Source: Antedon mediterranea (lineage: Eukaryota > Animalia > Echinodermata). Taken from it: a DNA stretch of 64,000 bases. The DNA is taken from assembly GCF_964355755.1 (NCBI RefSeq), contig NC_092679.1:9020201-9084200 (forward strand), given 5' to 3'. Below the pieces are notes generated by a model, which worked only from the letters and a program-made list of their open reading frames with translations, was not told the origin of the DNA and searched no databases. Within the stretch, counting starts at the first letter, position 1, and every line of letters begins with the position of its first letter. The translations under genes were made by a program, and so were the position numbers. Positions 1-9,900 of the stretch are shown here, piece after piece.

Positions 1-292
1 TTGATGTTTTTATGTTAACAACTTTTTTCGAAAATCACAAAATGGTCTAAAATGTCTCCAAATGCGATTTGAAGCTATTCTAAGCACTTTGGTGTCTTTA
101 TGGAAACAATTTTTTTCGAAAATCACAAAATGGTCTAAAACGTCTCCAATAGCGATTTGAAGCTTTTCTGTACACTTTGGTGTTTTTATGTTAACAATTT
201 TTTTCGAAAATCACAAAATGGTCTAAAACGTCTCCAAATGCGATTTTAAGCTATTCTGTACACTTTGATGTTTTTATGTTAACAAGTTTTTT

Positions 293-631
293 CGAAAATC
301 ACAAAATGGTCTAAAACGTTTCCAAATGCGATTTGAAGCTATTCTGTACACTTTGATGTTTTGTGTGAAAATTTTCTGTCGAAATGCTCAAAATGGTCAA
401 AAACGTTTTTAAATACGATATTAAGCTACTTTGTGCTCTTTGATGTTTTTGTGTGAAATGTTTTATCGAAATGCTCAAAATGGTCTAAAACGGTTTCTAA
501 TGTGATTTCAAGCACTTTGATGTTTTTGTGTAACCAAGTTTTTCGAAAATCACAAAATTGTCTAAAACGTCTCCAAATGCGATTTGAAGCTATTCTGTAC
601 ACTTTGGTGTTTTTATGTTAACAAGTTTTTT
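293..631 (+). repeat. Diverged landmark cassette A (first copy; about 45 copies in the window)
   Basis: A fixed run of monomers: ...GTGTGAAAATTTTCTGT, then an 87-bp monomer CGAAATGCTCAAAATGGTCAAAAACGTTTTTAAATACGATATTAAGCTACTTTGTGCTC... (380-466), a 77-bp monomer with CGGTTTCTAATGTGATTTCAAGCAC (467-543), then an AAAATTGTCT monomer. It recurs at about 1499, 5630, 7010, 7963, 10033, 22658, 25341, 44274, 62045 and many other positions. Confidence 0.95.
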
Positions 632-2029
632 CGAAAATCACAAAATGGTCTAAAACGTCTCCAAATACGATTTAAAGCTATTTTAAGCACTTTTGTGTTT
701 TTGTGTAACCAAGTTTTTTCGAAAATCACAAAGGGGTCTAAAATGTCTGTAAATGCGATTTGAAGCTATTTAAAGCACTTTGGTGTTTTTAGGTTAACAA
801 GTTTTTTCGAAAATCACAAAATGGTCTAAAACGTCTACAAATGCGATTTGAAGCTATTCTAAGCACTTTTGTGTTTTTATGTTAACAAGTTTTTTCGAAA
901 ATCACAAAATGGTCTAAAACGATTTCTAATGTGATTTTAAGCACTTTGATGTTTTTATGTTAACTAGTTTTTTCGAAAATCACAAAATGGTCTAAAACGT
1001 CTCCAAATGCGATTTGAAGCTATTTTAAGCACTTAGGTGCTTTTGTGTAACCAAGTTTTTTTGAAAATCACAAAAGGGTCTAAAATGTCTCCAAATGTGA
1101 TTTGAAGCTATTTTAAGCACTTTGGTGTTTTTGTGTTAACAAGTTTTTCGAAAATCACAAAATTGTCTAAAACGTCTCCAAATGCGATTTGAAGCTATTC
1201 TGTACACTTTGATGTTTTTATGTTAACAAGTTTTTTAGAAAATCACAAAATGGTCTAAAACATCTCCAAATGCGATTTAAAGCTATTTTAAGCACTTTAG
1301 TGTTTTTATGTTAACATGTTTTTTCGAAAATCACAAAATGGTCTAAAACGTCTCCAAATGCGATTTGAAGCTATTTTAAGCACTTTGGTGTTTTTGTGTT
1401 AACAAGTTTTTCGAAATTCTCAAAATGGTCTAAAACGTTTCCAAATGCGATTTGAAGCTATTCTGTACACTTTGATGTTTTGTGTGAAAATTTTCTGTCG
1501 AAATGCTCAAAATGGTCAAAAACGTTTTTAAATACGATATTAAGCTACTTTGTGCTCTTTGATGTTTTTGTGTGAAATGTTTTATCGAAATGCTCAAAAT
1601 GGTCTAAAACGGTTTCTAATGTGATTTCAAGCACTTTGATGTTTTTGTGTAACCAAGTTTTTCGAAAATCACAAAATTGTCTAAAACGTCTCCAAATGAG
1701 ATTTGAAGCTATTCTGTACACTTTGGTGTTTTTATGTTAACAAGTTTTTTCGAAAATCACAAAATGGTCTAAAACGTCTCCAAATGCGATTTAAAGCTAT
1801 TTTAAGCACTTTTGTGTTTTTGTGTAACCAAGTTTTTTCGAAAATCACAAAAGGGTCTAAAATGTCTGTAAATGCGATTTGAAGCTATTTAAAGCACTTT
1901 GGTGTTTTTAGGTTAACAAGTTTTTTCGAAAATCACAAAATGGTCTAAAACGTCTACAAATGCGATTTGAAGTTATTCTAAGCACTTTTGTGTTTTTATG
2001 TTAACAAGTTTTTTCGAAAATCACAAAAT

Positions 2030-3450
2030 GGTCTAAAACGTCTCCAAATGCGATTTGAAGCTATTTTAAGCACTTTGGTGTTTTTGTGTTAACAAGTTTT
2101 TCGAAATGCACAAAATGGTCTAAAACGTCTCTAAATGCGATTTGAAGCTATTCTAAGCACTTTGGTGTTTTTATGTTAACAAGTTTTTTCGAAAATCACA
2201 AAATGGTATAAAACGTCTCCAAATGCGATTTGAAGCTATTCTAAGCACTTTGGTGTTTTTATGTTAACAAGTTTTTTCGAAAATCACAAAATGGTCTAAA
2301 ACGTTTCCAAATGCGATTTGAAGCTATTCTGTACACTTTGATGTTTTGTGTGAAAATTTTCTTTTGAAATGCTCAAAATGGTCAAAAACGTTTTTAAATA
2401 CGATATTAAGCTACTTTGTGCTCTTTGATGTTTTTGTGTGAAATGTTTTATCGAAATGCTCAAAATGGTCTAAAACGGTTTCTAATGTGATTTCAAGCAC
2501 TTTGATGTTTTTGTGTAACCAAGTTTTTCGAAAATCACAAAATTGTCTAAAACGTCTCCAAATGCGATTTGAAGCTATTCTGTACACTTTGATGTTTTTA
2601 TGTTAACAAGTTTTTCGAAAATCACAAAATGGTCTAAAACGTCTCCAACTGCGATTTTAAGCTATTCTAAGCACTTTGGTGTTTTTATGTTAACAAGTTT
2701 TTTTGAAAATCACAAAATGGTCTAAAACGTCTCTAAATGCGATTTGAAGCTTTTCTGTACACTTTGATGTTTTTATGTTAACAAGTTTTTTCGAAAATCA
2801 CAAAATGGTCTAAAACGTCTCCAAATGCGATTTGAAGCTATTTTAAGCACTTTGGTGTTTTTGTGTTAACAAGTTTTTCGAAATGCTCAAAATGGTCTAA
2901 AACGTCTCCAAATGCGATTTGAAGCTATTCTAAGCACTTTGGTGTTTTTATGTTAACAAGTTTTTTCGAAAATCACAAAATGGTATAAAACGTCTCCAAA
3001 TGCGATTTGAAGCTATTCTAAGCACTTTGGTGTTTTTATGTTAACAAGTTTTTTCGAAAATCACAAAATGGTCTAAAACGTTTCCAACCGCGATTTGAAG
3101 CTATTCTGTACACTTTGATGTTTTGTGTGAAAATTTTCTTTTGAAATGCTCAAAATGGTCAAAAACGTTTTTAAATACGATATTAAGCTACTTTGTGCTC
3201 TTTGATGTTTTTGTGTGAAATGTTTTATCGAAATGCTCAAAATGGTCTAAAACGGTTTCTAATGTGATTTCAAGCACTTTGATGTTTTTGTGTAACCAAG
3301 TTTTTCGAAAATCACAAAATTGTCTAAAACGTCTCCAAATGCGATTTGAAGCTATTCTGTACACTTTGATGTTTTTATGTTAACAAGTTTTTCGAAAATC
3401 ACAAAATGGTCTAAAACGTCTCCAAATGCGATTTTAAGCTATTTTAAGCA
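2030..3450 (+). repeat. Local tandem duplication, 777-bp (9-monomer) period
   Basis: The rare GGTATAAAACG variant occurs at about 2207 and 2984. Both are followed by cassette A carrying the TTTTCTTTTGAAAT allele. Confidence 0.8.
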
Positions 3451-5299
3451 CTTTGATAAAGTTTTTCGAAAATCACAAAATGGTCTAAAACGTCTCTAAA
3501 TGCGATTTGAAGCTTTTCTGTACACTTTGATGTTTTTATGTTAACAACTTTTTTCGAAAATCACAAAATGGTCTAAAATGTCTCCAAATGCGATTTGAAG
3601 CTATTCTAAGCACTTTGATGTTTTTATGTTAACAAGTTTTTTCGAAAATCACAAAATGGTCTAAAACGTCTCCAATAGCGATTTTAAGCTATTCTGTACA
3701 CTTTGGTGTTTTTATGTTAACAAGTTTTTTCGAAAATCACAAAATGGTCTAAAACGTCTCCAAATGCGATTTGAAGCTATTCTGTACACTTTGATGTTTT
3801 TATGTTAACAAGTTTTTTCGAAAATCACAAAATGGTCTAAAACGTCTACAAATGCAATTTGTAGCTATTCTAAGCACTTTTGTGTTTTTATGTTAACAAG
3901 TTTTTTCGAAAATCACAAAATGGTCTAAAACGTCTGCAAATGCGATTTGAAACTATTCTTAGCCCATTGGTGTTTTTATTTAAACAAATTTTTTCGAAAC
4001 TCACAAAATGGTCTAAAACGTCTCCAAATGCGATTTGAAGCTTTTCTGTACACTTTGATGTTTTTATGTTAACAACTTTTTTCGAAAATCACAAAATGGT
4101 CTAAAATGTCTCCAAATGCGATTTGAAGCTATTCTAAGCACTTTGGTGTTTTTATGGAAACATTTTTTTTCGAAAATCACAAAATGGTCTAAAACGTCTC
4201 CAATAGCGATTTGAAGCTTTTCTTTACACTTTGGTGTTTTTATGTTAACAAGTTTTTTCGAAAATCACAAAATGGTCTAAAACGTCTCCAAATGCGATTT
4301 GAAGCTATTCTGTACACTTTGATGTTTTTATGTTAACAAGTTTTTTCGAAAATCACAAAATGGTCTAAAATGTCTCCAAATGCGATTTGAAGCTATTCTA
4401 AGCACTTTGGTGTTTTTATGGAAACATTTTTTTTCGAAAATCACAAAATGGTCTAAAACGTCTCCAATAGTGATTTGAAGCTTTTCTTTACACTTTGGTG
4501 TTTTTATGTTAAGTTTTTTCGAAAATCACAAAATGGTCTAAAACGTCTCCAAATTCGATTTGAAGCTATTCTGTACACTTTGATGTTTTTATGTTAACAA
4601 GTTTTTTCGAAAATCACAAAATGGTCAAAAACGTCTACAAATGCGATTTGAAGCTATTCTAAGCACTTTTGTGTTTTTATGTTAACAAGTTTTTTCGAAA
4701 ATCACAAAATGGTCTAAAACGTCTGCAAATGCGATTTGAAACTATTCTTAGCACATTGGTGTTTTTATTTGAAACAAATTTTTTCGAAACTCACAAAATG
4801 GTCTAAAACGTCTCCAAATGCGATTTGAAGCTATTTTAAGCACTTTAGTGTTTTTGTGTTAACAAGTTTTTCGAAATGCTCAAAATGGTCTAAAACGTTT
4901 TAAAACACGATATAAAGCTCACAAAACGTCTCCAAATGCGATTTGAAGCTATTCTGTACACTTTGATGTTTTTATGTTAACAAGTTTTTCTTTACACTTT
5001 GGTGTTTTTATGTTAACAAGTTTTTTCGAAAATCACAAAATGGTCTAAAACGATTTCTAATGTGATTTTAAGCACTTTGATGTTTTTATGTTAACTAGTT
5101 TTTTCGAAAATCACAAAATGGTCTAAAACGTCTCCAAATGCGATTTGAAGCTATTTTAAGCACTTAGGTGCTTTTGTGTAACCAAGTTTTTTTGAAAATC
5201 ACAAAAGGGTCTAAAATGTCTCCAAATGTGATTTGAAGCTATTTTAAGCACTTTGGTGTTTTTGTGTTAACAAGTTTTTCGAAAATCACAAAATTGTCT

Positions 5300-8200
5300 A
5301 AAACGTCTCCAAATGCGATTTGAAGCTATTCTGTACACTTTGATGTTTTTATGTTAACAAGTTTTTTAGAAAATCACAAAATGGTCTAAAACATCTCCAA
5401 ATGCGATTTAAAGCTATTTTAAGCACTTTAGTGTTTTTATGTTAACATGTTTTTTCGAAAATCACAAAATGGTCTAAAACGTCTCCAAATGCGATTTGAA
5501 GCTATTTTAAGCACTTTGGTGTTTTTGTGTTAACAAGTTTTTCGAAATGCTCAAAATGGTCTAAAACGTTTCCAAATGCGATTTGAAGCTATTCTGTACA
5601 CTTTGATGTTTTGTGTGAAAATTTTCTGTCGAAATGCTCAAAATGGTCAAAAACGTTTTTAAATACGATATTAAGCTACTTTGTGCTCTTTGATGTTTTT
5701 GTCTGAAATGTTTTATCGAAATGCTCAAAATGGTCTAAAACGGTTTCTAATGTGATTTCAAGCACTTTGATGTTTTTGTGTAACCAAGTTTTTCGAAAAT
5801 CACAAAATTGTCTAAAACGTCTCCAAATGCGATTTGAAGCTATTCTGTACTCTTTGATGTTTTTATGTTAACAAGTTTTTCGAAAATCACAAAATGGTCT
5901 AAAACGTCTCCAAATGCGATTTTAAGCTATTCTAAGCACTTTGGTGTTTTTATGTTAACAAGTTTTTTTGAAAATCACAAAATGGTCTAAAACGTCTCTA
6001 AATGCGATTTGAAGATTTTCTGTACACTTTGATGTTTTTATGTTAACAAGTTTTTTCGAAAATCACAAAATGGTCTAAAATGTCTCCAAATGCGATTTGA
6101 AGCTATTCTAAGCACTTTGGTGTTTTTATGTTAAAAAGTTTTTTCGAAAATCACAAAATGGTCTAAAACGTCTACAAATGCGATTTGAAGCTATTCTAAG
6201 CACTTTTGTGTTTTTATTTAAACAAATTTTTTCGAAACTCACAAAATGGTCTAAAACGTCTCCAAATGCGATTTGAAGCTATTTTAAGCACTTTGGTGTT
6301 TTTGTGTTAACAAGTTTTTCGAAATGCTCAAAATGGTCTAAAACGTTTTTAAACACGATATTAAGCTATTTTGTGCTCTTTGATGTTTTTTTGTGAAAAG
6401 TTTTAGCAAAATGCTCAAAATGGTCTAAAACGATTTCTAATGTGATTTTAAGCACTTTGATGTTTTTATGTTAACTAGTTTTTTCGAAAATCACAAAATG
6501 GTCTAAAACGTCTCCAAATGCGATTTGAAGCTATTTTAAGCACTTAGGTGCTTTTGTGTAACCAAGTTTTTTTGAAAATCACAAAAGGGTCTAAAATGTC
6601 TCCAAATGTGATTTGAAGCTATTTTAAGCAGTTTGGTGTTTTTGTGTTAACAAGTTTTTCGAAAATCACAAAATTGTCTAAAACGTCTCCAAATGCGATT
6701 TGAAGCTATTCTGTACACTTTGATGTTTTTATGTTAACAAGTTTTTTAGAAAATCACAAAATGGTCTAAAACATCTCCAAATGCGATTTAAAGCTATTTT
6801 AAGCACTTTGGTGTTTTTATGTTAACAAGTTTTTTCGAAAATCACAAAATGGTCTAAAACGTCTCCAAATGCGATTTGAAGCTATTTTAAGCACTTTGGT
6901 GTTTTTGTGTTAACAAGTTTTTCGAAATGCTCAAAATGGTCTAAAACGTTTCCAAATGCGATTTGAAGCTATTCTGTACACTTTGATGTTTTGTGTGAAA
7001 ATTTTCTGTCGAAATGCTCAAAATGGTCAAAAACGTTTTTAAATACGATATTAAGCTACTTTGTGCTCTTTGATGTTTTTGTGTGAAATGTTTTATCAAA
7101 ATGCTCAAAATGGTCTAAAACGGTTTCTAATGTGATTTCAAGCACTTTGATGTTTTTGTGTAACCAAGTTTTTCGAAAATCACAAAATTGTCTAAAACGT
7201 CTCCAAATGCGATTTGAAGCTATTCTGTACACTTTGATGTTTTTATGTTAACAAGTTTTTCGAAAATCACAAAATGGTCTAAAACGTCTCCAAATGCGAT
7301 TTTAAGCTATTCTAAGCACTTTGGTGTTTTTATGTTAACAAGTTTTTTTGAAAATCACAAAATGGTCTAAAACGTCTCTAAATGCGATTTGAAGCTTTTC
7401 TGTACACTTTGATGTTTTTATGTTAACAACTTTTTTCGAAAATCACAAAATGGTCTAAAATGTCTCCAAATGCGATTTGAAGCTATTCTAAGCACTTTGG
7501 TGTCTTTATGGAAACAATTTTTTTCGAAAATCACAAAATGGTCTAAAACGTCTCCAATAGCGATTTGAAGCTTTTCTGTACACTTTGGTGTTTTTATGTT
7601 AACAATTTTTTTCGAAAATCACAAAATGGTCTAAAACGTCTCCAAATGCGATTTGAAGCTATTCTGTACACTTTGATGTTTTTATGTTAACAAGTTTTTT
7701 AGAAAATCACAAAATGGTCTAAAACATCTCCAAATGCGATTTAAAGCTATTTTAAGCACTTTAGTGTTTTTATGTTAACATGTTTTTTCGAAAATCACAA
7801 AATGGTCTAAAACGTCTCCAAATGCGATTTGAAGCTATTTTAAGCACTTTGGTGTTTTTGTGTTAACAAGTTTTTCGAAATGCTCAAAATGGTCTAAAAC
7901 GTTTCCAAATGCGATTTGAAGCTATTCTGTACACTTTGATGTTTTGTGTGAAAATTTTCTGTCGAAATGCTCAAAATGGTCAAAAACGTTTTTAAATACG
8001 ATATTAAGCTACTTTGTGCTCTTCGATGTTTTTGTCTGAAATGTTTTATCGAAATGCTCAAAATGGTCTAAAACGGTTTCTAATGTGATTTCAAGCACTT
8101 TGATGTTTTTGTGTAACCAAGTTTTTCGAAAATCACAAAATTGTCTAAAACGTCTCCAAATGCGATTTGAAGCTATTCTGTACTCTTTGATGTTTTTATG

Positions 8201-9900
8201 TTAACAAGTTTTTCGAAAATCACAAAATGGTCTAAAACGTCTCCAAATGCGATTTTAAGCTATTCTAAGCACTTTGGTGTTTTTATGTTAACAAGTTTTT
8301 TTGAAAATCACAAAATGGTCTAAAACGTCTCTAAATGCGATTTGAAGCTTTTCTGTACACTTTGATGTTTTTATGTTAACAAGTTTTTTCGAAAATCACA
8401 AAATGGTCTAAAATGTCTCCAAATGCGATTTGAAGCTATTCTAAGCACTTTGGTGTTTTTATGTTAAAAAGTTTTTTCGAAAATCACAAAATGGTCTAAA
8501 ACGTCTACAAATGCGATTTGAAGCTATTCTAAGCACTTTTGTGTTTTTATTTAAACAAATTTTTTCGAAACTCACAAAATGGTCTAAAACGTCTCCAAAT
8601 GCGATTTGAAGCTATTTTAAGCACTTTGGTGTTTTTGTGTTAACAAGTTTTTCGAAATGCTCAAAATGGTCTAAAACGTTTTTAAACACGATATTAAGCT
8701 ATTTTGTGCTCTTTGATGTTTTTTTGTGAAAAGTTTTAGCAAAATGCTCAAAATGGTCTAAAACGATTTCTAATGTGATTTTAAGCACTTTGATGTTTTT
8801 ATGTTAACTAGTTTTTTCGAAAATCACAAAATGGTCTAAAACGTCTCCAAATGCGATTTGAAGCTATTTTAAGCAGTTTGGTGTTTTTGTGTTAACAAGT
8901 TTTTTGAAAATCACAAAATTGTCTAAAACGTCTCCAAATGCGATTTGAAGCTATTCTGTACACTTTGATGTTTTTATGTTAACAAGTTTTTTAGAAAATC
9001 ACAAAATGGTCTAAAACATCTCCAAATGCGATTTAAAGCTATTTTAAGCACTTTGGTGTTTTTATGTTAACAAGTTTTTTCGAAAATCACAAAATGGTCT
9101 AAAACGTCTCCAAATGCGATTTGAAGCTATTTTAAGCACTTTGGTGTTTTTGTGTTAACAAGTTTTTCGAAATGCTCAAAATGGTCTAAAACGTTTCCAA
9201 ATGCGATTTGAAGCTATTCTGTACACTTTGATGTTTTGTGTGAAAATTTTCTGTCGAAATGCTCAAAATGGTCAAAAACGTTTTTAAATACGATATTAAG
9301 CTACTTTGTGCTCTTTGATGTTTTTGTGTGAAATGTTTTATCAAAATGCTCAAAATGGTCTAAAACGGTTTCTAATGTGATTTCAAGCACTTTGATGTTT
9401 TTGTGTAACCAAGTTTTTCGAAAATCACAAAATTGTCTAAAACGTCTCCAAATGCGATTTGAAGCTATTCTGTACACTTTGATGTTTTTATGTTAACAAG
9501 TTTTTCGAAAATCACAAAATGGTCTAAAACGTTTCCAAATGCGATTTTAAGCTATTCTAAGCACTTTGGTGTTTTTATGTTAACAAGTTTTTTTGAAAAT
9601 CACAAAATGGTCTAAAACGTCTCTAAATGCGATTTGAAGCTTTTCTGTACACTTTGATGTTTTTATGTTAACAACTTTTTTCGAAAATCACAAAATGGTC
9701 TAAAATGTCTCCAAATGCGATTTGAAGCTATTTTAAGCACTTTGGTGTCTTTATGGAAACAATTTTTTTCGAAAATCACAAAATGGTCTAAAACGTCTCC
9801 AATAGCGATTTGAAGCTTTTCTGTACACTTTGGTGTTTTTATGTTAACAATTTTTTTCGAAAATCACAAAATGGTCTAAAACGTCTCCAAATGCGATTTG
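5300..9900 (+). repeat. Tandem duplication, 2333-bp (~27-monomer) period; the second copy lacks one monomer near 8860
   Basis: GTCTGAAATG is at 5701 and 8034. GTTAAAAAGTT is at about 6130 and 8463. The CTTAGGTGC...GGGTCT monomer is absent from the second copy. Confidence 0.8.
6320..6485 (+). repeat. Diverged landmark cassette B (paralog of cassette A; about 15 copies)
   Basis: AAACGTTTTTAAACACGATATTAAGCTATTTTGTGCTC...GTGAAAAGTTTTAGCAAAATGCTC...CGATTTCTAATGTGATTTTAAGCAC...GTTAACTAG. It also occurs near 8653, 17203, 21968, 23171, 26821, 30471, 35160, 39849, 43584, 53983, 55186, 58836 and 63525. Confidence 0.92.

Noticed and set aside
27-45. CENP-B box at TTCGAAAATCACAAAA
   Set aside because: Only TTCG matches the nTTCGnnnnAnnCGGGn core. 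The required A and CGGG are absent.
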